This document shows, piece by piece, positions 27,173 through 36,657 of a DNA stretch of 64,000 nt; the first letter of the stretch is position 1; each line of letters begins with the position of its first letter. The notes beneath the pieces were generated by a model, which was not told the DNA's origin, searched no databases, and saw only the letters and a list, made by a program, of their open reading frames with translations. The stretch is from an uncultured Candidatus Saccharibacteria bacterium (GTDB lineage Bacteria > Patescibacteriota > JAUYIX01 > CAYMIK01), in contig CAYMIK010000002.1 of assembly GCA_964390745.1 (NCBI GenBank), positions 26,866 to 90,865 on the forward strand, given 5' to 3'. A program made the position numbers and the translations under genes.

Positions 27173-29138
27173 TCTTGCACATCAGCCACAGCCTCTCTAT
27201 AAAGAACACGCAGCATTCTACTTGAACTCAAAGGATGGGGGACACAAGCAGCGAAGAACGATTCTTCGCGTCGTTTTTATCGTCCTTGCTCTAGTACTTG
27301 GATTTCTTGCGATAACGGGCATAACCTATGGAACGTATGGGGTTCTCGCGTTTCGATCGCTCACATCGGCGCAGAAAAATGTGGAAGCTGCCAAAACCCA
27401 ACTGGCTTCAAAGCAAATTGGCAAGGCGGTCATTTTCTTGAACGCCGCGCGCGATGACTTGAGTGCGGCACGAAGTGATCTTGCCAAACTTACCTTTCTG
27501 AAAGTTGTTCCGGTTTTAGGAAATCAGTATCTTGCGGCCGTACACTTAGTGAACGCGGTGTATGTTGTTGATGCGACTATTGCCTCGGCGGCAGATGCTG
27601 CCAATCAGGTTATGTCGGCACTTCCTTCTGGTGACCCCAGCAAAACAACGTTTAACACACTCAACTCTGAACAAAAGGGTAAAATTCTTACCAAGCTTCA
27701 CGAAGTTTCGCCATTATTTGATGGCTCGTCTCAGGACCTTGCACTCGTACAAGGCGAAATTAATAAAATTCCAAGTTTCGGCATCCTTCGCCAGATCACA
27801 AAAAATGCGAATGAAATGAAACGCATTCTGCCAGCCCTTCAGGAAGGCATAGGATTGGCATCGTCGCTTTCAAAAATTGGGCCCGACCTTGCGGGCTACA
27901 AACAAGATAAACGCTACCTTGTTTTGTTTTTGAATAATTCAGAACTCAGGCCGGGTGGTGGATTTATCGGTTCGTACGGCATTATGACTATTAAAAACGG
28001 CGAAATAACCGACTTTCCTGCACACGACATTTATGACATCGATAACGCCTCAAAGGGTGTAAATGCAACAGGGCCAGTTGCAAAGTACATAAATCCTGTC
28101 TTGTACATGCGCGATTCCAACTGGTCGCCTGATTTTCCAACATCGTCTGAAACGGTTTTGGATTTTTACAAACGAGAAAGTGGCGACAAGAAAAATATCG
28201 ATGGCGTTATAGGCATTACGCCCAACGTCATTCATGATTTGCTCACGCTCACTGGCCCAATAACGGTTCCTGGATATCCGTACACATTTACGAGCGAGAA
28301 CTTTTCTACTGAACTCGATCTTGCCGTTGAGTACAACTACTATCAGGCAGGTGTCTCATTTGAAAACCGAAAAAAGATCCTCGGTGATCTCAATAAGACT
28401 ATCCTTCAGAAAATTCTCAGCCTTCCGCAGGATAAATGGAAGAACATACTCGAAATTGTTGCGAACAATATGAGCGGCAAACAGATTATGTTATACCCAA
28501 CGAAAACTTTGGCCGAGCATGATATAATACAATCAATTCTGAGTGAACAAAATTGGGACGGGCACATCGTTCAGACGGATTCTGATTACCTCATGGTTGT
28601 AGATGCTAACGCTCACTCCTTGAAGGCAGATCCCGTGGTGAAGCGAACCATCGATTATCATGTGCAGCTCACAAACGATGGAAAGCCAAAAGTACGCCTC
28701 AATATTACCTATCAACACACGGGTTTCAAAGATCGATTAACCGACGCCTACCAAACGTATACACGCGTTTTGGCACCAAAGGGTTCGAAGTTGATTGGTT
28801 CAAAGAATCTTGGCTCCGACGTAGACACGACGGAAGAAAGTGGAAAGACGAGCTTCGGATTTTACAAACGCATCGAACCACAGACAACGCAAATCGTGAC
28901 GCTTGAATACGAACTGCCACAAAGCATTGCCGCACAAATCCAAGGAAATACGTATAAGTTATATGTTCAGAAGCAGCTCGGTGCATTCGATCGCAACTTA
29001 AATGTCACCCTGCAAAGCCCAAAACAAATCACTGGCTCTGAACCTGTCGGCATCCCATTCGCACTCTCATCAAACAACGAAGGAACATTTCAAACGGTTC
29101 TTTCAAAAGACCTTACGTTTACACTTCATCTCCAATAA
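27138..29138 (+). CDS. DUF4012-family membrane-anchored extracytoplasmic protein
   Basis: N-terminal TM (VVFIVLALVLGFLAI) and NNSELRPGGGFIGSYG core resembling DUF4012. TTG/GTG start at 27138-27159 overlaps the GT2 end. Confidence 0.6.
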   Translation: MRSDRVKVDQSNLAHQPQPLYKEHAAFYLNSKDGGHKQRRTILRVVFIVLALVLGFLAITGITYGTYGVLAFRSLTSAQKNVEAAKTQLASKQIGKAVIFLNAARDDLSAARSDLAKLTFLKVVPVLGNQYLAAVHLVNAVYVVDATIASAADAANQVMSALPSGDPSKTTFNTLNSEQKGKILTKLHEVSPLFDGSSQDLALVQGEINKIPSFGILRQITKNANEMKRILPALQEGIGLASSLSKIGPDLAGYKQDKRYLVLFLNNSELRPGGGFIGSYGIMTIKNGEITDFPAHDIYDIDNASKGVNATGPVAKYINPVLYMRDSNWSPDFPTSSETVLDFYKRESGDKKNIDGVIGITPNVIHDLLTLTGPITVPGYPYTFTSENFSTELDLAVEYNYYQAGVSFENRKKILGDLNKTILQKILSLPQDKWKNILEIVANNMSGKQIMLYPTKTLAEHDIIQSILSEQNWDGHIVQTDSDYLMVVDANAHSLKADPVVKRTIDYHVQLTNDGKPKVRLNITYQHTGFKDRLTDAYQTYTRVLAPKGSKLIGSKNLGSDVDTTEESGKTSFGFYKRIEPQTTQIVTLEYELPQSIAAQIQGNTYKLYVQKQLGAFDRNLNVTLQSPKQITGSEPVGIPFALSSNNEGTFQTVLSKDLTFTLHLQ

Positions 29139-29150
29139 TTTTACGGATTT

Positions 29151-30359
29151 ATGGAAAAACAAAAATCTTTTCGAACAAAATTTGGCGTCTTGATTGCTGT
29201 TTTTGTGGTTGCTGCATTTGGTGTTGGTGTATTAGTTGGAAGCACCAATGCGCTGCCGCCAGCAGTTACTTCGCTTATCAATCGAAGTGCGAGCAATTCT
29301 CGCAATGTCGATTTTAATTTGTACTGGCAGGTCTGGGACTTGCTCGAAAAGAAATTCTATAAACAACCACTTTCGGATCAAGATCGCTTTTACGGATCTA
29401 TCAAGGGAATGGTTTCTTCGCTGGGCGACCCGTACACCGAGTTTATGACACCCGATGAGACTAAGCGTTTTCAATCTGACTTACAAGGTTCGTTTCAGGG
29501 TATTGGCATTGAAATTGGACTCCGAAATGATGTGTTAACGGTTATTGCTCCTTTGGCGGATTCTCCTGCGGAGAAGGCGGGTTTGAAGGCAGGTGACCTT
29601 ATTCTGAAGATTGACGGTGCCGATACGAGCAATATGCAACTGAACGATGCTGTTGCGAAGATCCGTGGCGACAAGGGAACGACCGTGAAATTGAATATTT
29701 TCCACAAGAATAGCTCAAAGGCGGAAGATGTTTCGATTGTTCGTGAAGACATCTCCGTGCAAACGGTCACCGTGAAATATCTGGATAATAACAATGTTGC
29801 ACAGATCGAGCTTTCGCGATTTGGAGAAACCACAGACGACGAGTTCGCAAAAGCGATTGGTGAAATTCGTCAAAAGAATATCAGCAGAATCATTCTTGAT
29901 TTGCGAAATGACCCAGGTGGACTGCTCGCGACATCGGTAGACGTTGCAAGCAAATTTATTGAGAGCGGCGTTGTTGTTATTCAAAAAGCAGGGGACGGTA
30001 CAGAAACAAGATACGAACGAAAGGGCGATGCTCCATTCAAAGATGCGAAGGTTGTGGTGCTCATGAATGAGGGAAGTGCTTCTGCCTCAGAAATCTTGGC
30101 TGGTGCGCTTCGAGACGACAAAGGCGTGAAATTGATTGGTGAAAAGAGCTACGGCAAAGGCTCGGTGCAGGATGTTGAGCTCTTGCCTGATGGATCAAGC
30201 ATTCGTGTAACCATTGCTCGCTGGCTGACCCCAAAGGGAACAAGTATCAACGAAACGGGTTTGCAGCCTGACATCAAGGTGGATCTGACCCAAGATGATA
30301 TCGATGCCGGCCGGGACCCACAACTTGATAAGGCACTCGAGACGGTGAAGGGGCTCTAA
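29151..30359 (+). CDS. ctpA: Carboxy-terminal processing protease (peptidase S41) with PDZ domain
   Basis: PDZ (AEKAGLKAGDLILKIDG). S41 core LDLRNDPGGLL and GSASASEILAGAL (Ser) ... GEKSYGKGSVQ (Lys). N-terminal TM. Confidence 0.9.
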   Translation: MEKQKSFRTKFGVLIAVFVVAAFGVGVLVGSTNALPPAVTSLINRSASNSRNVDFNLYWQVWDLLEKKFYKQPLSDQDRFYGSIKGMVSSLGDPYTEFMTPDETKRFQSDLQGSFQGIGIEIGLRNDVLTVIAPLADSPAEKAGLKAGDLILKIDGADTSNMQLNDAVAKIRGDKGTTVKLNIFHKNSSKAEDVSIVREDISVQTVTVKYLDNNNVAQIELSRFGETTDDEFAKAIGEIRQKNISRIILDLRNDPGGLLATSVDVASKFIESGVVVIQKAGDGTETRYERKGDAPFKDAKVVVLMNEGSASASEILAGALRDDKGVKLIGEKSYGKGSVQDVELLPDGSSIRVTIARWLTPKGTSINETGLQPDIKVDLTQDDIDAGRDPQLDKALETVKGL

Positions 30360-30390
30360 TTTTAGCCCCTTCCGTTTGCGAAAAAAGTCC

Positions 30391-30419
30391 TTGCACCTTT
30401 TTTAAAAATCCTGTATATT
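30391..30419 (+). promoter_or_regulatory. Sigma70-like promoter TTGCAC-17-TATATT
   Basis: ttgcac at 30391-30396, 17-nt spacer, tatatt at 30414-30419, upstream of rplI. Confidence 0.4.
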
Positions 30420-30461
30420 CTATTCAATAGTTCTAACCTTGCAACGCACGGATTTTCTTTT

Positions 30462-30914
30462 ATGAAAGTCATTCTTTTACAAGACGTACCAGATGTAGGT
30501 CGCAAGGGCGAAGTCCAAGAAGTTTCGAAAGGATTCGCTCGGAATTTCCTTCTCAAAAATAATCTTGCCAAGGTGGCGACAGCTTCGGATGAAGCCAACG
30601 CCAAGCGGGCCGCCGAAAGGAACGCCGCACAGATTGAGGCAGATCGGCAGAACAACGCACTCTTAGCATCCAAGCTGAAAGACGCAAATATTACCATCAC
30701 TCCCAGCAAAGTTACCTCAGCTGGGAAACTTTTTGGTTCGCTTTCTGAAAAAGATGTGGCAGTAGCCGTCAAGGAACAACTTTCTCTCACTTTAGACCCA
30801 AAAACCATCCTTCTCTCAGAACCACTGAAGAAGGTAGGTTCATATACAGCTCGAATCATTTTGGGTGGTTCGAGTGCGGAGCTTACTATTAATATTCTTA
30901 ATTCAACAAAATAA
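30462..30914 (+). CDS. rplI: 50S ribosomal protein L9
   Basis: MKVILLQDVPDVGRKGEVQEVSKGFARNFL is the classic L9 N-terminus. Confidence 0.92.
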   Translation: MKVILLQDVPDVGRKGEVQEVSKGFARNFLLKNNLAKVATASDEANAKRAAERNAAQIEADRQNNALLASKLKDANITITPSKVTSAGKLFGSLSEKDVAVAVKEQLSLTLDPKTILLSEPLKKVGSYTARIILGGSSAELTINILNSTK

Positions 30915-32554
30915 TGGCCAAGAAACAACCAACGAAGTACATCTTCGTTACAGGAGGAGTTATCTCGGGTATTGGAAAAGGTGTAGCCACCTCTTCTATC
31001 GCGCGAATCTTGAAAGATAAGGGGTATCGTGTTTCGTGTATGAAGGCAGATATGTACATCAACCTTGATGCAGGAACGATGCGTCCAACCGTTCACGGAG
31101 AAGTGTTCGTGACAACTGATGGTATGGAAACAGACCAAGACGTTGGAAACTATGAACGATTTTTGGACGAACCACTGGATTCACGGCACTATACCACCAC
31201 AGGTCAGGTATATCAGACCGTTATTCAAAAAGAGCGAAACCTCGAATACGATGGAATTTGTGTTGAAGTTGTTCCACATATTCCCGAAGAGTTTATTCGT
31301 CGCGTAAAAGCAGGTGCAAAAGACAAGAGCTCTGAAATATTCGTAATTGAAATTGGTGGAACAACGGGTGAGTATCAGCAGGCTCTGTTCTTGGAGGCTA
31401 TCCGAATGATGGCGTTGCAAGAGGGTTCTGAAAATATTATCAATATTCACGTTGCGTACTTGCCAATTCCTCAGCACTTGGGTGAAATGAAGTCAAAACC
31501 GGTGCAGCACTCCGTGCGAATGCTGAACGGCGCCGGAATCCAGCCTGATTTTATTGTTGCTCGCTCAGAGGAGTATATCGACGAAGAACGACGCAAGAAG
31601 ATTTCTATCTTCTGCAATGTTTCTCCTGACTCAGTTATCGCAGCACCAAACGTGAAGTCTATTTACAGCGTTCCCTTGGTCTATGAAAAGCAGAAATTTG
31701 GCGATAAGCTCTTGAAGCGGATGGGGCTCAAGGCAAAGAAGAAGGATGGTAAAGAGTGGCAGGCGCTTGTAAAACGCATTGAATCGGCCAAAAAAGAGGT
31801 AAAAATCGGTATAGTAGGGAAGTACTTCGATGTCGGAAACTTCACTTTGGAAGATTCGTACATTTCTGTTATCGAATCCCTGAAACATGCAGCCTGGGCA
31901 AATGGCGTAAAGCCAAAGTTGGATTGGATTAACTCGAAAGAATTTGAAAAAGATCCTAAGGCACTTGAACGATTGAAAGAATACGATGGTATCTTGGTTC
32001 CTGGCGGATTCGGCTCAAGTGGAATCGAAGGAAAGATTAAAGTTATCGAATTTGTTCGAGAGCACAAAATTCCATACTTTGGTTTGTGCTACGGCATGCA
32101 GCTTGCAGTGATCGAGTTTACGCGCAATGTTCTTGGATTGAAGGATGCTCACACTACCGAGGTGAATCCAAAGACCAAGAATCCGGTGATTCACATCATG
32201 GCCGAGCAGGTTGAGAAAGTTGCCAAGAAAGATCTTGGTGGAACGATGCGACTTGGCTCATACCCATGCGTATTGGTTCCAGGCTTGAAAGTTGCAAGCG
32301 CCTACGGAACTCGAAAGATTTCCGAACGACATCGCCATCGATATGAGTACAACAACGAGTATCGAAAGCAGCTTGAAGACGCTGGGCTGAAGGTTGCTGG
32401 TCTTTACCCTGAAAAAGACTTAGTAGAAATTGTGGAGCTTGAAGGACACCCATGGTTTGTGGGAACACAGTTCCACCCAGAGTTCCAATCTTCGCCATTG
32501 AATCCACATCCTTTGTTTAAGGACTTCATAGCAGCGGCGTTGAAGAACAAATAG
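30914..32554 (+). CDS. pyrG: CTP synthase
   Basis: KYIFVTGGVISGIGKG N-terminus. Glutaminase domain GLCYGMQ (Cys) and HPEF (His). Confidence 0.95.
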   Translation: MAKKQPTKYIFVTGGVISGIGKGVATSSIARILKDKGYRVSCMKADMYINLDAGTMRPTVHGEVFVTTDGMETDQDVGNYERFLDEPLDSRHYTTTGQVYQTVIQKERNLEYDGICVEVVPHIPEEFIRRVKAGAKDKSSEIFVIEIGGTTGEYQQALFLEAIRMMALQEGSENIINIHVAYLPIPQHLGEMKSKPVQHSVRMLNGAGIQPDFIVARSEEYIDEERRKKISIFCNVSPDSVIAAPNVKSIYSVPLVYEKQKFGDKLLKRMGLKAKKKDGKEWQALVKRIESAKKEVKIGIVGKYFDVGNFTLEDSYISVIESLKHAAWANGVKPKLDWINSKEFEKDPKALERLKEYDGILVPGGFGSSGIEGKIKVIEFVREHKIPYFGLCYGMQLAVIEFTRNVLGLKDAHTTEVNPKTKNPVIHIMAEQVEKVAKKDLGGTMRLGSYPCVLVPGLKVASAYGTRKISERHRHRYEYNNEYRKQLEDAGLKVAGLYPEKDLVEIVELEGHPWFVGTQFHPEFQSSPLNPHPLFKDFIAAALKNK

Positions 32555-32563
32555 TCAAACACT

Positions 32564-32590
32564 AAAAAACACCGGTGATCGGTGTTTTTT
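32564..32590. terminator. Bidirectional intrinsic terminator between pyrG and the convergent phosphatase gene
   Basis: aaaaaacaccg-gtgat-cggtgtttttt. Confidence 0.65.
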
Positions 32591-33044
32591 AGTTCTTCTT
32601 GAGTGTTGTGACGAGTTGATCAACCTTCTTCGTTATCTTATCGTAACTTTTTTCAAAAAAGGCGTGCATTTGTTTATCCGTCTTTGGGGGTTTACGAACC
32701 TCACCGATATCAGCTATGTGCCAGACGATAACCTTTCTTGGAAGTTTCACTATTTTTTTGACTTCGCTGAAGACGCGTTGATTGACGCAGACGATGATAT
32801 CGTTTTTGTCTATGCGAGCTTGCGTGAGTCGGTTACTTCGTTTCTTTTTGTATTTTTTAATTTTGTGTTCAATGAAAATGCTCTTCAGGTTGTCACTGAT
32901 GGTGTCGGGATCGCGGTTTGCCACGGTTCCACTTGAAATAACGCTGACGTTGGGAAGATGGAGCGACTTGAGATACGCCTCGGCAATCTTACTTCGAAAA
33001 ATATTTCCGCGACAGATAAAATGGATACGCAACGATTTTTTCAT
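32589..33044 (-). CDS. Low-molecular-weight protein-tyrosine phosphatase / ArsC-fold phosphatase
   Basis: P-loop IHFICRGNIFRS (C-X5-R) at the N-terminus, ~150 aa. Confidence 0.7.
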   Translation of the reverse strand: MKKSLRIHFICRGNIFRSKIAEAYLKSLHLPNVSVISSGTVANRDPDTISDNLKSIFIEHKIKKYKKKRSNRLTQARIDKNDIIVCVNQRVFSEVKKIVKLPRKVIVWHIADIGEVRKPPKTDKQMHAFFEKSYDKITKKVDQLVTTLKKN

Positions 33045-33131
33045 GGGGGAATGATATCACGAAGGGCAAATGGGGACAATGTGCGAGAAAATGATGATAT
33101 AATCGAAGGCGTAAGCCAATGAAAGGAAATT

Positions 33132-33797
33132 ATGAAACTTCTTCTCACGTCGAGCGGACTCATGAATACATCAATTATTCGTGAGCTAAAACGACTCATT
33201 GGAAAACCGATGAGCAAGGTGAATGTCGCCTTTATTCCTACAGCGTTGAATGTGGAAGAGGGGGACAAGCATTGGTTTTTAGAAGATCTCCAGGATATCT
33301 ACAAGTTGAAACCTGCACAAGTGGATATAGTTGATATTTCGGCGTTATCGCGCGAAGTATGGCAAAAGCGCCTTCAAAAAGCAGATGTTCTTATTTTTGA
33401 AGGTGGCAATACGTTCCACCTTATTAACTGGGTTAGAAAGAGTGGGCTCGAAAAGATTCTGTCTAAGCTTTTGAAAACTCGTGTATATGTTGGAATTAGT
33501 GCGGGATCGATTCTGGTGAATCCAAGAATTAAACTCGTACCCGAGGAGAGGCTTGAATCTTTTGAACCTAAGGGATCGGTCCAAGAAGGTTTGGGTCTTG
33601 TGTCATTTGGAATTCGACCACATGTGAACAGAAGATCTTTTCCTGACATGCGATTTTCAAAACTCAAACAGCTTGCCAAAAAGACTGTGATGCCATTTTA
33701 CGCGATCGATGATGACACGGCCATTTCTGTTGATGGAAAAAAGATCAGAGTTATCTCAGAGGGCAAGTGGAAGCTCTTCAATGCTGAAAAGCAATGA
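33132..33797 (+). CDS. Peptidase S51 (dipeptidase E / cyanophycinase-like)
   Basis: LLLTSSG ... VLIFEGGNTFHL ... YVGISAGS (nucleophile Ser) pattern of the PepE family. Confidence 0.7.
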   Translation: MKLLLTSSGLMNTSIIRELKRLIGKPMSKVNVAFIPTALNVEEGDKHWFLEDLQDIYKLKPAQVDIVDISALSREVWQKRLQKADVLIFEGGNTFHLINWVRKSGLEKILSKLLKTRVYVGISAGSILVNPRIKLVPEERLESFEPKGSVQEGLGLVSFGIRPHVNRRSFPDMRFSKLKQLAKKTVMPFYAIDDDTAISVDGKKIRVISEGKWKLFNAEKQ

Positions 33798-34399
33798 AGA
33801 TTCTTGAAAAGATTACTGAAGATGAAATGATTTCTGTATTCTTGCTCGCCGAGATTCATTCGAGCCGTTTTGGTGCCCGCATTCGAAAATTCGTGAAACA
33901 GCTCGGGGTCTCCAAGGAGGTTGTGCTGAACCCAGACCTCAAAGATGAAAAACAGAACAGGCAAAGAAAAAACATCCTCGAGAAACATCGATATTACAAG
34001 AGTCGAAAAAGATTTTTCGAGAGCTTTCCTGCGGATGTTCAATGGTATCGAGCTGAAATAAACCCAAGAGAATTCAGAAAACTCTTTTACATCAATGAAG
34101 AGTACTGGGTGCTCCGCTCTCATGGCTCGAGACTTGCGAGTGATGGTGCGAAAAGTGTTCTTTCGGGAGAGAAAATCTTTAGTGAATCCAATCGGGTATT
34201 TTACGATGTCGCAAGATCTCTTGATAACAAAACGCAACGGCCAATCATCCTGGTCGCACAAAACAAAACGTCAAAACGTGTGGTCATGGAAGGTCATGTG
34301 CGCATGACAGCTTATTCGATGCGACAAAAAAAGATTCCAAAAAGAATGAGAGTTCTTGTGGGCTTTTCAAAGAGAATGAATGAGTGGGATCTGTATTAG
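33794..34399 (+). CDS. Hypothetical protein (201 aa, basic)
   Basis: Intact ORF with a 4-nt overlap with the pepE-like gene. No motif recognised. Confidence 0.45.
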   Translation: MKILEKITEDEMISVFLLAEIHSSRFGARIRKFVKQLGVSKEVVLNPDLKDEKQNRQRKNILEKHRYYKSRKRFFESFPADVQWYRAEINPREFRKLFYINEEYWVLRSHGSRLASDGAKSVLSGEKIFSESNRVFYDVARSLDNKTQRPIILVAQNKTSKRVVMEGHVRMTAYSMRQKKIPKRMRVLVGFSKRMNEWDLY

Positions 34400-34409
34400 C
34401 GACCTAATC

Positions 34410-34436
34410 AAAAACTGCTCGTGAGAGCAGTTTTTA
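34410..34436. terminator. Bidirectional intrinsic terminator
   Basis: aaaaactgctc-gtga-gagcagttttt between convergent genes. Confidence 0.65.
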
Positions 34437-34443
34437 TATCAAC

Positions 34444-34740
34444 TTATTTCGCTTTTTTTACAGCGCCAGCTTCAACGCTTACAAACGTTCGAAGCTTGAG
34501 AAGTCCGGTATAAGCTTTCACCTTTCGGCGAGCAAACTTTACCTTACCTTCAATCGTTGCAAAGATGGTGTGGTCCTTACCCATGCGAACGCCTGTTCCT
34601 GGGTGGAATTCCGTTCCGCGTTGGCGGATAATGATGTTTCCCGGGAGAGCCTTGGAACCACCAAAGATCTTCACGCCGAGGCGTTTGGATTGTGATTCGC
34701 GGTTATTGGAGGTAGAACCAGCGGCTTTTTTGTGTGCCAT
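34444..34740 (-). CDS. rpmA: 50S ribosomal protein L27
   Basis: [24 protein letters not shown]...[15 protein letters not shown] is the L27 signature. Confidence 0.92.
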   Translation of the reverse strand: MAHKKAAGSTSNNRESQSKRLGVKIFGGSKALPGNIIIRQRGTEFHPGTGVRMGKDHTIFATIEGKVKFARRKVKAYTGLLKLRTFVSVEAGAVKKAK

Positions 34741-34760
34741 GTTGTTTCAAAAATTAGAAG

Positions 34761-36005
34761 CTAGATGCTCCATACGCTGATTTCGCGTCCAACCTGAGCG
34801 TCGGGGCGAGCGTACAGAAAAGTTTTTCGTGAGACGGAAAAATCGGAAGGGGGAGTAATGCCCGATCCTGAAAAAAGATCAAGCTGAGTATATCCCAAAC
34901 TGCGTACGGTGTCAAGCCATGGGGCGAAAACGCGGTCTTTTCCCATTTGATAGAACGGCATGCACAAAACAATGCGTGAATTTGGCTCAAAAAAGCCTGA
35001 TTTCAAGGACTTAAGTGCTTCGATGCAAATTCGCTTGAGTCGCATGTGTTCTTCGTTCAGATCGAAGATTTGAGGTTTGTTGAAAAATGTCTTTCCGAGG
35101 TACCCCTCGGTTACAACAGCATGCATTTTAACACCAAAAGTGTTGGCGACGGTTTGGGCGTTCGCTTGCTTGATTTCTATCGCCTTGCTGATTTCGGGGT
35201 GTTCCTTTTGGAGCCATGCCAAGTTTTCTTTGGCTCTCTCGATCACTTCTTCGCTTATGTCAGAGCCGTAGGCGTTGTAGCCCATGAGAACAGATTCCTG
35301 GAGGATGGTGCCAAGGCCACAAAATGGGTCGTAGATATTGGCGTTTTCTTTTGGTGTCGCAAGGTTAATAAGTATCTGCGAAAGTTTGAGGGGAAGCATT
35401 CCAAGTTTTTTGTCGCGATGTGGGCGAAACTCGTCGCGCTGTGAGTAGGCTTCGATATCTTGAACGGCGCAGGTTCGGGCGAGGCAGTATGCCGACTTCG
35501 TCTTGATAACAATGAGCTCGCTTTTTGTTTCGTGCAGCTTGTTTTGAAATGTGGTTGCTGACGTAAGAATATTTTCTTGTCTTGATTCGACATAGCGCGA
35601 TTTGATGCCTTGGGATTTGAGTTCCTTTTTGAGCGAGATACCAATTCCGGAGAGTGTTCGTGCAATGTTCTGTTGAATGTTGAGCGCGCCGAGATTAAAG
35701 CTTCTGGCATCGTTGGTGAAGGCGTGTTTTGAGACAAGGTCGGCGGTAAAAACTTCGTTTATAAGTTGCGCAACATCGCGATGCGTTTTGGAAGCTTCGG
35801 CGTCTTCGAACTCTTCCACGATTTCCATAATACGAATAGTTCCACCCAATTGATTGATGAGTTTTTGGGCTTCGAGGTCTTTTGAAACTTCAATAACGAC
35901 AACTTCTTGTTCGTGGGAAAGGGAAGAAATCTCTGGCACAGCACAAAGAATTTCTGCTAAGCTGAGAGCTTTATTGGTTCCAAGTTGGAAGGCGTATTTA
36001 GGCAT
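34761..36005 (-). CDS. THUMP-domain RNA (guanine/adenine-N) methyltransferase, class I SAM-dependent
   Basis: DPFCGLGTILQESVLMGYNAYGSDIS (motif I) with an N-terminal RNA-binding region. Confidence 0.65.
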   Translation of the reverse strand: MPKYAFQLGTNKALSLAEILCAVPEISSLSHEQEVVVIEVSKDLEAQKLINQLGGTIRIMEIVEEFEDAEASKTHRDVAQLINEVFTADLVSKHAFTNDARSFNLGALNIQQNIARTLSGIGISLKKELKSQGIKSRYVESRQENILTSATTFQNKLHETKSELIVIKTKSAYCLARTCAVQDIEAYSQRDEFRPHRDKKLGMLPLKLSQILINLATPKENANIYDPFCGLGTILQESVLMGYNAYGSDISEEVIERAKENLAWLQKEHPEISKAIEIKQANAQTVANTFGVKMHAVVTEGYLGKTFFNKPQIFDLNEEHMRLKRICIEALKSLKSGFFEPNSRIVLCMPFYQMGKDRVFAPWLDTVRSLGYTQLDLFSGSGITPPSDFSVSRKTFLYARPDAQVGREISVWSI

Positions 36006-36053
36006 AATGACGAGGTTAATCGTTTCTTAATAAACAAGTGCCAGAATCGTAGC

Positions 36054-36635
36054 ATGAAACTTTTAGAAAGTCGAAAAGAAATCTTGATTCGAGCTTTGAA
36101 GGTGCTGTGTTTGGTTTTAGCGCTCGCTTCTGCTTTTGTGGGTGGGGTGTTGTACTCAAGGCAGCCCGACGGCTTGAATTTTGTTGAGCCAAAGCCGCGG
36201 CCAAAGGCAGTCGTCGCGGTAAATGCGGGTGGAGTTGCCGTTCCAAAGTCGCAGGATTTTACATTGTATGCAAAAGACGGACTTGCGACAGCGGGGGACA
36301 AGGTGACGGTTTCAGGGTTTGCTGGGCCCATTTCTGTTTTTAATGATTCGCTAGAAGTGGAGTTGAATTTTGAGAAAGGGTTTGGGGCGCAGGGGTCTGT
36401 TCCTGCGTGTGGTGCAGGTGAAGATGCTCTTGCGGGTTCTGCTGATGCAAAAAGTTCTGGAGCAAGTACTTCTGGCCGAATAGTGGCATCAAAAAGTGGC
36501 ACGAAGTATTATTTTGAGTCGTGCTCGGAGGTTGGGCGAATTAAGAAGGAAAACTTGGTGTATTTTGCTTCGGAGGCAGGGGCGAAGGCGAATGGGTATG
36601 ATGCGTCGAGTTGTGTAAGTAAGACAAGAATCTAA
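36054..36635 (+). CDS. Hypothetical secreted/membrane-anchored protein
   Basis: N-terminal hydrophobic LKVLCLVLALASAFVGGVL and a Cys-containing C-terminal segment TKYYFESCSEVGRIKKENLVYFASEAGAKANGYDASSC. The ORF-track start at 35985 would overlap the divergent MTase start. Confidence 0.5.
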   Translation: MKLLESRKEILIRALKVLCLVLALASAFVGGVLYSRQPDGLNFVEPKPRPKAVVAVNAGGVAVPKSQDFTLYAKDGLATAGDKVTVSGFAGPISVFNDSLEVELNFEKGFGAQGSVPACGAGEDALAGSADAKSSGASTSGRIVASKSGTKYYFESCSEVGRIKKENLVYFASEAGAKANGYDASSCVSKTRI

Positions 36636-36657
36636 AATACACTATTAGCCGGAATTA

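Noticed and set aside
30362-31138. 258-aa minus-strand ORF
   Set aside because: Antisense to rplI and pyrG, which are unambiguous. No motif, so it is spurious.
35046-35444. 132-aa plus-strand ORF
   Set aside because: Antisense within the THUMP methyltransferase gene.
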